Shown piece by piece: positions 1 to 8,985 of a DNA stretch of 50,862 nt. Where the stretch lies: positions 1 to 50,862 of the forward strand of contig JAHFML010000003.1 of NCBI GenBank assembly GCA_023269085.1, given 5' to 3'. Position 1 is the stretch's first letter. Each line of letters begins with the position of its first letter. A program made the position numbers and the translations under genes. The notes beneath the pieces were generated by a model, which saw only the letters and a list, made by a program, of their open reading frames with translations, was not told where the DNA came from and made no database searches. This stretch comes from a bacterium (lineage in GTDB: Bacteria > Patescibacteriota > Minisyncoccia > Phycocordibacterales > Phycocordibacteraceae).

Positions 1-55
1 TTAGGCATGGTGAGCATCAATTAGGGATTCGATTCTCTAATTGTATCGAAAACAA

Positions 56-87
56 ACAGAAAACGCCGCAGATGCGGCGTTTTCTGT
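56..87. terminator. Bidirectional intrinsic terminator-like hairpin
   Basis: Perfect 15-bp inverted repeat ACAGAAAACGCCGCA-ga-TGCGGCGTTTTCTGT with A/T tracts in both arms. Confidence 0.7.
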
Positions 88-133
88 ATTGAAGTGTGCA
101 CACGGAATATCACTTAACTCATAAATAAAAAAC

Positions 134-394
134 ATGGAAGGAATGGAGACCGGGGAGTGGGAAAATAAAAAGAACACGATTGCGTATGACGCGGCATTTC
201 ATGCAGACCCAGAAAAGCAACATGACGAAGTCGAAGCTCTTCTTGAGAGACTCGGGCCAGATGGCGCGGTCGACGAGCTCAACGAGCGGCTCGCGAATAA
301 TCCCGAAGATGCTGAGGCACGCCGCATGGCGAATCTCTTGGCGAACAAGCTCGAAGAGCTCTTGAGCCAGCTCCGCGAGAAGACCCAACACTAA
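134..394 (+). CDS. Hypothetical acidic helical protein (86 aa)
   Basis: ATG after an A-rich leader, protein-like composition, followed by a hairpin. Confidence 0.65.
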   Translation: MEGMETGEWENKKNTIAYDAAFHADPEKQHDEVEALLERLGPDGAVDELNERLANNPEDAEARRMANLLANKLEELLSQLREKTQH

Positions 395-411
395 TCCGAT
401 TCGACAAAGAC

Positions 412-444
412 AAAAAGCGCGGCGTACCTACGCCGCGCTTTTTT
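412..444. terminator. Bidirectional terminator between convergent genes; near-identical copy at 2223-2254
   Basis: AAAAAGCGCGGCGTA-cc-TACGCCGCGCTTTTT. Confidence 0.75.
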
Positions 445-463
445 GAGAGAACTTCAATTATCT

Positions 464-1228
464 CTATCTTTCACTACTTGCCATATCCCACAGCATGAGG
501 AAAAACTGTTTATAGTTTTCTGCCACGACAGGCGACTTGATGACGTAGACGAGTGGGGGAGTGAGGAAGCTGAAGAAGAGCACCGTATCAGCACGGATCA
601 CCACATGCGTCTCGCCACTCGGGAATTTGGGCAATATGCGCGCCGTGAAGGACGTCTGCCCTTTGTAACGTTCGGTTTCGACACTCTTGCCGCCGATATA
701 GAGCACGCGCATCTTTTTTGCATCTTTGATGCTGGTATATTCGTCGAGCTCGGTGCCCATAACCTCCTCGAATCCGTGCTCATTGCCGCCAATAATATAT
801 TCTTCGCTCCCGGGCTCGGCGCGTTCGGCGTAGACCATCTCGTAGCGCTGTATCGCTAGTGCGCCTTGGAGGATCTCGAAATCTTGTTCATGCCCGACGA
901 CGCTGAAAGTATTAAGCTCACGCACCGTGTCTTCGGCCGCAAAAAGTCGTTTCTTCGCTATCTTTTCTATCTGGCTCGGGGCAACCGCCTTATATTTCTT
1001 CTGCTTGCCGTGCGCAACTGCCTCGATGAGGCCGAGGCCGATGAGCTTCGCGAGGCCGAGGTAGATATATTGCCGATGGAGGCTGGTGCCCACTGCTATC
1101 TTCGACCCGCCGACCTCGACGCCGCGTTCGAGCAGATAGGTATAGATGAGCGCCTCGTTCCCGCTCAAGCCGAACTCTTTAAGCATCTCGATGCCTCGCG
1201 CATGCTCATGTGTCTTTTTGATTGCCAT
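464..1228 (-). CDS. TrmB-family transcriptional regulator (N-terminal HTH plus C-terminal effector-like domain)
   Basis: LKEFGLSGNEALIYTYLL...IAVGTSLHRQYIYLGLAKLIGLGLI...KYKAVAP TrmB HTH pattern. Confidence 0.8.
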   Translation of the reverse strand: MAIKKTHEHARGIEMLKEFGLSGNEALIYTYLLERGVEVGGSKIAVGTSLHRQYIYLGLAKLIGLGLIEAVAHGKQKKYKAVAPSQIEKIAKKRLFAAEDTVRELNTFSVVGHEQDFEILQGALAIQRYEMVYAERAEPGSEEYIIGGNEHGFEEVMGTELDEYTSIKDAKKMRVLYIGGKSVETERYKGQTSFTARILPKFPSGETHVVIRADTVLFFSFLTPPLVYVIKSPVVAENYKQFFLMLWDMASSER

Positions 1229-1410
1229 AAATATAATGACAGTATAGACGAATAGTCATATTTTGCAAGCACTTTTGCCATATAAAACTGACACACTAGT
1301 GATTGACACTATCGCCGTCTCGTGCTACGATATCTCTAGAAAGTGGTTCTTTAGAACCGAAGCGGAATCCTCCGCACCCCGTCTTACGGGAAACAGAATA
1401 GGAGATGAAC

Positions 1411-1836
1411 ATGAGCACGACATACGATGTATACACCGGCTTTATCCCTGCTCGCTTCTGTGATGCACAGGTGATGAGAATGGCAAAAGAATTAGAAAAG
1501 AGTGGTGAAGCCAAGATTCTCATTGGGAGTGCTGGGTTCGAGGACTTCACAGGTGTCGAATTCAATGTAGCGGAATGGCTGAATTACGATACTGGCTATT
1601 ACGATACATTCACCTATTCTCTTCCCCCTAAAATGGGGCAGGAATGGCGTGAGGAGTGGCCATCAGTCGACGATCTGGTTCGCGATAACAAAATCTCTCT
1701 CGTCTTTCTATATCACATCGATTATGGAGATGACGGTCAAGATAGAGACGATGTGTCGGAGGACTGGGAATCCGTTCTCAAAGACTGCCCGACCCTTGTT
1801 TTGCGCGAATTTCTTGCGCAACGACAGGAAGGATAG
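1411..1836 (+). CDS. Hypothetical acidic protein
   Basis: AGGAG SD 6 nt before ATG 1411; lower GC than flanks; no recognisable family. Confidence 0.6.
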   Translation: MSTTYDVYTGFIPARFCDAQVMRMAKELEKSGEAKILIGSAGFEDFTGVEFNVAEWLNYDTGYYDTFTYSLPPKMGQEWREEWPSVDDLVRDNKISLVFLYHIDYGDDGQDRDDVSEDWESVLKDCPTLVLREFLAQRQEG

Positions 1837-1943
1837 CCACCAACGGTTCGACGGTTGGGAGGATTAAACATCCTCCCCTTTATAAAGTTTCTGAATCGTT
1901 CGGAGACTTTTAGAGATGATCTTTCACTCAAAGGAGAACTAAA

Positions 1944-2210
1944 ATGGCTATCTACATGGCTAGTATGTGGCGTAACGGTAAACGACAGTTCGTGATGGTT
2001 AACGGCCCGTCATTGGGAGATTTGCGAAAATCCTACGGGGCCGGCGATCTTGATGACACACAACATGCAGAAGTGCATATCATCCCACTTTCGCCGGAAC
2101 TTGAAGAAATGTACAAAGTACTCATGGCGATAGGTGGTGCTACGAATTGCACGCGTATCGAAGACTTGTTTGTCGAAATCTTCGCGAGTGGATACAGAGC
2201 GAGAGATTAG
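1944..2210 (+). CDS. Hypothetical protein (88 aa)
   Basis: AAGGAG SD upstream; followed by a terminator hairpin. Confidence 0.6.
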   Translation: MAIYMASMWRNGKRQFVMVNGPSLGDLRKSYGAGDLDDTQHAEVHIIPLSPELEEMYKVLMAIGGATNCTRIEDLFVEIFASGYRARD

Positions 2211-2222
2211 ACGAAACACAAC

Positions 2223-2254
2223 AAAAAGCGCGGCGTACCTACGCCGCACTTTTT
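2223..2254. terminator. Bidirectional terminator, second copy of the 412-444 hairpin
   Basis: AAAAAGCGCGGCGTACCTACGCCGCACTTTTT, one mismatch versus 412-444. Confidence 0.7.
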
Positions 2255-2533
2255 CTATTGGTCGGGGATTTCTTTCCTAGTGTAGGTCTTATTGCGATAG
2301 GTGAAGCGGCACTTTTGAATATCCTCATCAATCTCTCGTTGTTCTTTTTTGGTCTTGAATTCGTTTCTTTCTACATAGCAATGTGCCCAAATGACCTGCT
2401 TACCTCTGCCGTGCTTTTTACCAAAATAAATCTCAGCCAGTCTATTGTTTATGGTAGCGAAGCACCATCCGTCGAAAGTGTACTCGGGTTCTGGGTAATC
2501 CGTTAGCACTTTCCCAGGGAGTTGATTTTTCAT
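2255..2533 (-). CDS. Hypothetical basic protein (92 aa)
   Basis: Starts 7 nt after the xth stop, co-oriented. Confidence 0.6.
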   Translation of the reverse strand: MKNQLPGKVLTDYPEPEYTFDGWCFATINNRLAEIYFGKKHGRGKQVIWAHCYVERNEFKTKKEQREIDEDIQKCRFTYRNKTYTRKEIPDQ

Positions 2534-2540
2534 ACTTGAA

Positions 2541-3317
2541 TCAGTTTGTGATTGTTATAGAGACCGGGCAGTGGTCGGAGCCAAAGATGTCGGGGAGGAT
2601 ATCGGCCTTCTTGATGCGCGGCATGAGCTCGGAAGCGGCGAAGAAGTAGTCGAGGCGCCAGCCGACGTTGCGGTCGCGCGCGCGGGTCTGCATGTCCCAA
2701 TAGCTATAAGCCTCGTGGCGGGAGGGGAAGGCGTGGCGGTAGGTATCGACGAAGCCCGCGGCAACGACCTCGTCGAGCCATGCTCGCTCCTCGGGGAGGA
2801 AGCCGGTGTGGTCGGCGTTTTCTTTTGGGCGAGCGAGGTCTATTTCTTCATGGGCGGTGTTCACATCACCGCAGAAGATGACCGGCTTCGTGGCGCGGAG
2901 CTTCAGCGTGAAGGCGAGGAAGGCGTCATAGAACCGGAGCTTGTAGTCGAGGCGCTCGGGGCCACGCCCGCCGTTGGGGAAGTAGACGTTCAAGAGCCAG
3001 AAATCCTCATATTCTGCGCCGATAATGCGCCCTTCTTGATCAAATTCTTTAATCCCCATGCCATAAATAACGTTCCAAGGTTCGACCTTGGAGTAGAGTG
3101 CGACGCCGCTGTAGCCCTTCTTCACTTGGCACGAGGAGAAGAATGCGGAGTAGCCGGCAGGGGAGAGGATCGGTTCGGGGAGCTGGTCGGGCGAAGCCTT
3201 GGTCTCTTGGAGGCAGAAGATATCGGGCTTCGCCTCCTGCAAGAAGGCGCGCCAGTAGGCATAATCGTCCTTCGCGAGCGAGCGCAACCCATTCACATTC
3301 CACGAGACGAGTTTCAT
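2541..3317 (-). CDS. xth: Exodeoxyribonuclease III / AP endonuclease
   Basis: SWNVNGLR, CLQETK, GYSGVA, NVYFPNG, GDVNTAH, GWRLDYF, SDHCP motifs; start placed at MKLVSWNVNG. Confidence 0.95.
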   Translation of the reverse strand: MKLVSWNVNGLRSLAKDDYAYWRAFLQEAKPDIFCLQETKASPDQLPEPILSPAGYSAFFSSCQVKKGYSGVALYSKVEPWNVIYGMGIKEFDQEGRIIGAEYEDFWLLNVYFPNGGRGPERLDYKLRFYDAFLAFTLKLRATKPVIFCGDVNTAHEEIDLARPKENADHTGFLPEERAWLDEVVAAGFVDTYRHAFPSRHEAYSYWDMQTRARDRNVGWRLDYFFAASELMPRIKKADILPDIFGSDHCPVSITITN

Positions 3318-3355
3318 ATCCGATATTCTATCAGGCATGGTATGCTTGGGCTATA

Positions 3356-3748
3356 ATGACCTTCGACGCGGCATCGCTCATCTTCTACTTCTCGATCGCA
3401 GGGACGCTCTTTGCCGGGTATCGCGCAGCGGTACGACTCACGACGAAGAAATGCGCCTTTGGCGAGGAATGTCCGTATGCGTTCGGGATCCCGGCCTGTG
3501 TCATCGGGTTCGTATTCTTCTTCATCATCTTGGGGTCAAGTGCAGGGGCTCGGTTCGGGTATCTCTCACTCGGGCTCGCAACAGCGGGCATCTTCTGGGG
3601 TGCGCTTATTGGCACGGCATTCTCGGGCGTCCTCTCGCTCAAAGAATTCCTCGCGGACATACGCGCGGCGCGGCCGCTCATCCTCTCCTCCTGCACCTAC
3701 GGATTCTTCGTTTTGGCGGGCATCCTCGCGCTCGCGGTGGTTGGGTAG
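3356..3748 (+). CDS. VKOR-like four-TM membrane protein
   Basis: TM1, loop C-x5-C, then YAFGIPACVIG (VKOR-type GIP motif) and three more TMs; second Cys pair reduced to SSC. Confidence 0.5.
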   Translation: MTFDAASLIFYFSIAGTLFAGYRAAVRLTTKKCAFGEECPYAFGIPACVIGFVFFFIILGSSAGARFGYLSLGLATAGIFWGALIGTAFSGVLSLKEFLADIRAARPLILSSCTYGFFVLAGILALAVVG

Positions 3749-3781
3749 CCGCTGATTCTTCTTGTGCGCTTGCGATTTGTG

Positions 3782-3798
3782 TACACAATGTGTATACT
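3782..3798 (+). promoter_or_regulatory. Palindromic operator overlapping the -10 box of the TA operon
   Basis: TACACA-A-TGTGTA palindrome overlapping TATACT (3793-3798), 6 nt before ATG 3805; RelB/DinJ pairs autorepress at such sites. Confidence 0.6.
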
Positions 3799-3804
3799 GC
3801 CGGT

Positions 3805-4083
3805 ATGGCAACGAAAACAGCTATCGTGAATGTGCGAACAAACCCCGCGACCAAGCTCGCGGCTCAGCGCGTCTTCGAGAAGATGGGGCTCGATCTCTCG
3901 ACCGGCGTGAACATGTACCTCGCGCGCGTGGTGCAGGATAAGGCGATGCCCTTCGTCCCGCGGACGGTGAACGGCTTCACTCCTGCGTATGAAGCGCGAA
4001 TCCTACGAGAAACCGCGCAGGCGGAGAAATATGGGAAGCGGTATACGGCCGATGAAGTGATGCGGGAATTTTTTGGCAAATGA
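3805..4083 (+). CDS. RelB/DinJ-family antitoxin
   Basis: VNVRT..TKLAAQRVFEKMGLDLSTGVNMYL...AMPF RHH pattern; overlaps the toxin start (ATGA). Confidence 0.88.
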   Translation: MATKTAIVNVRTNPATKLAAQRVFEKMGLDLSTGVNMYLARVVQDKAMPFVPRTVNGFTPAYEARILRETAQAEKYGKRYTADEVMREFFGK

Positions 4084-4364
4084 CGTATTTGATTAAACTC
4101 TCAAGTTCGAGCAAGCGGGCGCTCAAGAAGCTTGGTCGTTCAGGAACGTTTGACTCGACTGTATTTAATGAAGTTGTGCACATTCTCGAAAAAGGCATAG
4201 CATTCCCCGCGCGATACAAAGATCATCAGCTGCATGGCGAGCTCGCGCATCTGCGAGAGTGTCATCTCGGTTTCGATTTACTCCTTCTCTACGAACGAGC
4301 TGATATGTTGGGAGTGGTTGTCATTTCAGACATTGGCACGCACACGGAACTCTTTGGCGAGTAA
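4080..4364 (+). CDS. YafQ-family mRNA interferase toxin
   Basis: YKDHQLHGE...RECHLGFDLLLLY...IGTHTELF signature. Confidence 0.9.
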   Translation: MTYLIKLSSSSKRALKKLGRSGTFDSTVFNEVVHILEKGIAFPARYKDHQLHGELAHLRECHLGFDLLLLYERADMLGVVVISDIGTHTELFGE

Positions 4365-4369
4365 ACAGT

Positions 4370-5287
4370 CTAGCCTCGATTCGAGTGATACTTCTTATGC
4401 ACCTCGCGGAGGTGGGCGTCGGTGATGTGGGTGTAGATCTGGGTCGTGTTGATCGAGGCATGGCCGAGAAGCTGTTGGACCGAGCGGATGTCGGCGCCAT
4501 TGGAGAGGAGGTCGGTGGCAAAGGCGTGGCGGAGGGTGTGCGGTGTGACGACCGAGGTGATGCCCGCGCGCGCGACATACGCCTTCAAGTGGCGCTGGAT
4601 GTCGCGCGGGGTGATGCGGTGCAAAAGCTTCGGTCGGCCGTCGACGAAGAGCGCCTCCTCCATATCGTCACGCGCCTTGAGATATTCTCGCACCGCCTCC
4701 TTGGCGGCGGGGGAGATGAAGACGACGCGCACCTTCTCGCCCTTGCCGCGCACCGAGAGCTCGTCGCGGGTGAGGTCGAGATCGCTGTCGAGCGAGCAGA
4801 GCTCAGAGACGCGGAGCCCGGTCGAGAAGAGCATCTCGAGGATAGCGGTGTCGCGCAGGTAGCACCGGCGCTTATGAGGATCCGCCTCCTTCGCGGCGGC
4901 ATCGCGGGGCGCCCGCATGAGCCGGTCGAGCTCGGCAGTCGTGAGGAGGTCAAGCTGGCGCTCGGGGAGCTTCGCGAGCTCGATCTTCTCGGGCGATATC
5001 GCCTCGATATCGCGCTTGCGGAGGAACTTGAGGAAGGCGCGAAGCGCGATCATGTAATAATTCTGCGTGCGGCGCTTCATAGAATCGCGTTTAGTGCCCG
5101 GCTGGCGGTTGAGCCAGAGGCGGAAGTCGCGCACATTCTGCTCAGTAATGTCGCCGACGCGCTGTATCTTCATCTGCTCGAAGTAGCGCGAGAGGTAGCG
5201 GTCATAATTCTCGATCGTCTTCACGGCGCGCCCGCGCTCGATCTCGATATATTCGAGGAATTGCCGCTTTGCCGCTCTCGCATCCAT
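4370..5287 (-). CDS. xerC: XerC/XerD-family tyrosine recombinase
   Basis: RDTAILEMLFSTGLRVSEL, VRGKGEKVR, TPHTLRHAFATDLL, QLLGHASINTTQIYTH. Confidence 0.88.
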   Translation of the reverse strand: MDARAAKRQFLEYIEIERGRAVKTIENYDRYLSRYFEQMKIQRVGDITEQNVRDFRLWLNRQPGTKRDSMKRRTQNYYMIALRAFLKFLRKRDIEAISPEKIELAKLPERQLDLLTTAELDRLMRAPRDAAAKEADPHKRRCYLRDTAILEMLFSTGLRVSELCSLDSDLDLTRDELSVRGKGEKVRVVFISPAAKEAVREYLKARDDMEEALFVDGRPKLLHRITPRDIQRHLKAYVARAGITSVVTPHTLRHAFATDLLSNGADIRSVQQLLGHASINTTQIYTHITDAHLREVHKKYHSNRG

Positions 5288-5413
5288 GGCAGAATTGTAG
5301 CACCAATAATGTGCGCACTTTTATATCCACTCGTCTTGCGGAATGCCGGATTGCTTGATGATTGAGGCGAGAGTCGTTGGATGAAGCGCTTTCGCGCCGT
5401 GATGAGGCATAGG

Positions 5414-5752
5414 TTAGGCGACTGCCAGATTGGCAACGCCGAATTTGTATATCTCAGAAGAAAGCGGTGGGAGAACTCCTCCACGGAGGCTCTTGTGTGC
5501 GGTCGCCCAACGAGCCTCATCTTCTTTGGCAGGTTTCTGATTCAAGACAGAGTTTACCTGCGTTGGACGGAATCTTTTGGAAAGTTTCTTCGCTGATTCA
5601 AGATATCCGAGCACGGCCTCCTGCAATTCAGATTCAACAACGCGCGGGTCGTCGCCGACAATCGTAATCTTGAATTCAAGAGCGGTGCCAATCCACTTCT
5701 TCGCATCCTTGAAGACCATCCAGCGGAATTGACCTTGTGAGGGAGTGTTCAT
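5414..5752 (-). CDS. HicB-like small protein without an adjacent partner toxin
   Basis: VFKDAKKWIGTALEFKITIVGDD...ELQEAVLGYLES resembles the HicB N-terminal fold; TATAGT-N6-ATG promoter. Confidence 0.5.
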   Translation of the reverse strand: MNTPSQGQFRWMVFKDAKKWIGTALEFKITIVGDDPRVVESELQEAVLGYLESAKKLSKRFRPTQVNSVLNQKPAKEDEARWATAHKSLRGGVLPPLSSEIYKFGVANLAVA

Positions 5753-5788
5753 AAGGAGACTATACCGTGATTGAAGGGGAAAAACAAA

Positions 5789-5816
5789 AAAGCGCAACCG
5801 AATACGGTTGCGCTTT
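5789..5816 (-). terminator. Intrinsic terminator-like hairpin
   Basis: AAAGCGCAACCG-aata-CGGTTGCGCTTT preceded by an A-tract (U-tract on minus). Confidence 0.6.
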
Positions 5817-6000
5817 GCCACGATACCTAATCATTGTGGATATTCCTGTGCGAAAAAGTATGTGCTACTATAAGCTCATCCCATGAATGAGCAGAAAGAA
5901 ATAGAATCGTTGCGGTATTCGACACTATCAACATTAAACCCAGTCTTTTCAGAGCAAAAGATAGCATCTTGCTTAAACGAAGCGGCAACGGTGGCAGCAC

Positions 6001-6549
6001 TTGTCTTGGACAAAATATGATGAGGACAGGTTTGAAAAAGAAAAGGAGAAGATAGTAGAAGAAATTCATAGCAGTTCCAAATTTGAGTACACGGATGGAT
6101 TTAACGAATCCGCTTTTCTGTTGGCAAATCTCAATTCATATTTAGATGCGACTAAAGATGTGCGTGATGAGATGATAGAGAAGAATCTCGCAGTTTTTCA
6201 TCTCAAAGAGTCAATCAAGAATGCCAGGAATGGATTTGAAGAAATAATGAAAACCCCACACGAGCTATTTATAGATGTAGGGCTTCTTCGTAAAAAGGAA
6301 ATTATGGCTCTCCTTACGGATGTTAATGTCACTGAAATCTTCTCCGATAAGAGTTCCGAAGGAGTCTTACAAAAGATGCCGTGGAGATGGAAAGATGTAA
6401 ATGAAAAACGTAATGAAATGCAGTGGATTTACTTAAATCGATTATATAACCATTTTGCGCTAATGCGATTCTCCATGATATGGCCTATTGCCTCGATGCG
6501 CGCTACGGAACAGTTATCGACGGATGGAAGCTCGCCGTTCGACGAGTAA
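6001..6549 (+). CDS. AT-rich hypothetical protein, probably decayed at its 5' end
   Basis: 182-codon open frame with TTG start; an upstream ATG at 5883 is in another frame. Confidence 0.45.
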   Translation: MSWTKYDEDRFEKEKEKIVEEIHSSSKFEYTDGFNESAFLLANLNSYLDATKDVRDEMIEKNLAVFHLKESIKNARNGFEEIMKTPHELFIDVGLLRKKEIMALLTDVNVTEIFSDKSSEGVLQKMPWRWKDVNEKRNEMQWIYLNRLYNHFALMRFSMIWPIASMRATEQLSTDGSSPFDE

Positions 6550-7017
6550 CAACATAAACACGAGCGATTGTATGCATTGCAGGGGAATACCGTGCAACAA
6601 GGGTGGGATGCTATCGTCGGGCCCGAAAAGATCAATGAGTTCAACTATGACTTACGCAAGAATGATGTCATTACGGAGGCGATACTCCCGTACGATTGGT
6701 TCGAGGACCATGTGCGCGACCTCGGGAACAAAGAAGGGCTCAAATGGGCGAAGGGTTTTATCGGGCGCGCCTACGCGACCTACGAGATAGACAAAGAATA
6801 TTTCCGCCATGCCGGGCAGATCTTCATCATCAAAGATTCGCTGTATCTCATGGCAATGAATGAGGCGTTGGTAGTCGAGATACGGAACTCCGAATTGCAG
6901 AAGATGATCAAGCAGATGTTCTCCTTCATCGAAGAGGGAGCCGAGAAGATCAACGTGAACGAAAGATTGCAGAAGATTATCGACCGACTTGAAAAGGGAA
7001 ACAGCCCTGATTCATAA
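6550..7017 (+). pseudogene. C-terminal fragment of a TrmB-type regulator lacking the HTH
   Basis: QIFIIKDSLYLMAMNEALVVEIRNSELQKMIKQMF resembles the TrmB C-terminus (compare the end of 464-1228); no ATG start or HTH. Confidence 0.55.
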
Positions 7018-7037
7018 AGGAAGTATACTATGGAGAC

Positions 7038-8021
7038 ATGACGACGAAGAAACCAAAAGAGATGGTCATCTATCAGGCGAAGAACGGCGCTATCGAGTTC
7101 CGCGGCGACTTGTCGCGCGAGACGCTCTGGGCGACACAGGCGCAGATTGCCGACGCTTTTGAAGTTGACGTTCGAACCGTGAACGAGCACGTCAAGAATA
7201 TCTTGAAAACGAATGAGCTCGCAGAGACGGCAACTGTCCGGAATTTCCGGATAGTTCAAACAGAAGGGAAACGCGAGATTGAGCGCGACTTGAAGCACTA
7301 CAACCTCGACATGATCCTCTCGGTCGGATACCGCGTGAACAGCAAGAAGGCAACCACATTCCGCCAGTGGGCGACGAAAACTTTGCGTGAGCACATCACG
7401 CGCGGCTACACCCTCAACCGGAAGCGCATCGCGCGCAACTATGACGCGTTCATGACGGCGGTCGCCGACATTCAGGCGCTCCTGCCTGCGCAGGTGGTGC
7501 TCGACCCGAAGGAGGTGCTCGAGATCGTGAAGGAATTCGCGAGCACCTGGGTCTCGCTCGACGCCTACGACAAAGAGTCGCTCACGATCATCGGCTCGAC
7601 CAAGCGAGCGGTGAAGCTCACGGGCGCAGAACTCTCGGCGGCTATCGAGAACTTCCGCGGTGAGCTCATGGTGAGAGGCGAGGCGACCGAGATATTTGCC
7701 CAAGAGCGAAGCGCGGGAAGTATCGAAGGCATTGTCGGGAATGTCATGCAGGCCTTCGGCGGGAAGCAGGTGTATCCGACGCTCGAAGAGAAGGCCGCGC
7801 ACTTGCTCTACTTCATGGTGAAGAATCACCCCTTCACCGACGGAAACAAGCGCTCGGGCGCGTTCGCTTTCGTCTGGTTCTTGCGCAAGACGAAGAGCAA
7901 GGGGAGCCGCAATGTGAACGCCGCGGCGCTCACCGCGCTCACGCTCCTCATCGCCGAGAGCGACCCGCACAAGAAGGAGCAGATGGTCGCACTCGTGACG
8001 CAGATGCTCGCGCGGCCGTAA
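7038..8021 (+). CDS. RhuM-family plus Fic/Doc domain protein
   Basis: ETLWATQAQIA...YNLDMILSVGYRVNSKKATTFRQWAT (RhuM) and HPFTDGNKRSG (Fic/Doc). Confidence 0.9.
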   Translation: MTTKKPKEMVIYQAKNGAIEFRGDLSRETLWATQAQIADAFEVDVRTVNEHVKNILKTNELAETATVRNFRIVQTEGKREIERDLKHYNLDMILSVGYRVNSKKATTFRQWATKTLREHITRGYTLNRKRIARNYDAFMTAVADIQALLPAQVVLDPKEVLEIVKEFASTWVSLDAYDKESLTIIGSTKRAVKLTGAELSAAIENFRGELMVRGEATEIFAQERSAGSIEGIVGNVMQAFGGKQVYPTLEEKAAHLLYFMVKNHPFTDGNKRSGAFAFVWFLRKTKSKGSRNVNAAALTALTLLIAESDPHKKEQMVALVTQMLARP

Positions 8022-8093
8022 TCGGCCGCGGGTGGCGCGTGGATTACACAAAACTTGCATGTTTTGACAAGGCGTGGTAGGGTGGGGAAGTCT

Positions 8094-8360
8094 ATGCTTA
8101 CAACCAAGAAAAAGGCGACGGTTATCAAGACCGTCGCGATACATGATACGGACACCGGCTCGGCCGATGTGCAGGTCGCGTTGCTCAGCAAGCAGATCGA
8201 TGCGCTCGCGAAGCACCTGAAGGTGAACCCGAAGGACTTCCATTCTCGTCGCGGCCTCTTGCAGATGGTCGCCGATCGCCGGTCGCACTTGCGCTATCTC
8301 GAGACGAACAACAAGCGCCGCTACAACGCGCTTATCAAGAAGCTTGGGTTGAAGAAGTAA
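8094..8360 (+). CDS. rpsO: 30S ribosomal protein S15
   Basis: HDTDTGSADVQVALL...KDFHSRRGLLQMV...YNALIKKLGL. Confidence 0.97.
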   Translation: MLTTKKKATVIKTVAIHDTDTGSADVQVALLSKQIDALAKHLKVNPKDFHSRRGLLQMVADRRSHLRYLETNNKRRYNALIKKLGLKK

Positions 8361-8386
8361 CACGCGCCCCGCAGGGGCGCGTGTTA
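8358..8386 (+). terminator. Terminator hairpin after rpsO
   Basis: TAACACGCGCCCC-gca-GGGGCGCGTGTTA. Confidence 0.7.
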
Positions 8387-8433
8387 GTATAGATAAGGAT
8401 TTTATTATTTCGTTTTCATAAGCATTTATTTTT

Positions 8434-8949
8434 ATGGCAGTTATCAAGCATCCGGCCCAGCGTGTGGGCGTATTTATCGACACGCAAAACTTGTATCACA
8501 GCGCGAAGCATCTCTATAAGGCGCGGGTCAACTTCGGCGCTATTCTCGAAGAAGCCGTCGGCGGCCGCGTCCTCGTGCGCGCTATCGCGTATGTCATCTC
8601 GACCGAGAGCGGCGAAGAAAAGAATTTCTTCGAGGCGCTTACGAAGATGGGCATCGAGACTAAGGTGAAGGACTTGCAGATCTTCGCCGATGGCGCGAAG
8701 AAGGCCGACTGGGACGTGGGGCTCGCTATCGACGCGGTGAAGCTCGCGCCGAAGCTCGACACGGTCGTCATCGTCTCGGGCGACGGCGACTTCGTGCCGC
8801 TCATCGAGTATCTCGATATGCACGAAGGGTGCCAGGTCGAGGTTATCTCCTTCGGCAAGTCCTCATCGGCAAAGCTCAAAGAGGCCGCGCACGCCTTCAC
8901 CGACATGAGCGATGATCCGCACCGCTTTATCATCTCGGGACGAGGATAA
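8434..8949 (+). CDS. NYN domain protein (LabA/DUF88, PIN-like)
   Basis: VFIDTQNL, KKADWDVGLAID, IVSGDGDFVPL. Confidence 0.9.
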   Translation: MAVIKHPAQRVGVFIDTQNLYHSAKHLYKARVNFGAILEEAVGGRVLVRAIAYVISTESGEEKNFFEALTKMGIETKVKDLQIFADGAKKADWDVGLAIDAVKLAPKLDTVVIVSGDGDFVPLIEYLDMHEGCQVEVISFGKSSSAKLKEAAHAFTDMSDDPHRFIISGRG

Positions 8950-8985
8950 TCGTTCGCGCGCCGGTGCGAGTGCGGTACTATAAGA

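Noticed and set aside
1-17. Possible start of a minus-strand gene (MLTMP...) at the window edge
   Set aside because: Too little sequence to support a call
3337-3804. Long N-terminal extensions in the ORF track (antitoxin from 3337, comM from 10399, integrase from 38256, rpsS from 48904)
   Set aside because: They overlap other genes or repeats, and family homology begins at downstream ATGs
4370-5287. Xer gene as the integrase of a prophage or integron
   Set aside because: Host-like codon usage, housekeeping XerC/D size, no integron-integrase insertion and no att or phage genes seen
6780-8483. 567-aa minus-strand ORF and similar long antisense ORFs (4385-5365, 27326-28474, 28724-29737, 34376-35467, 49630-50409)
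   Set aside because: Shadow frames of well-supported genes in GC-rich DNA, with no motifs of their own
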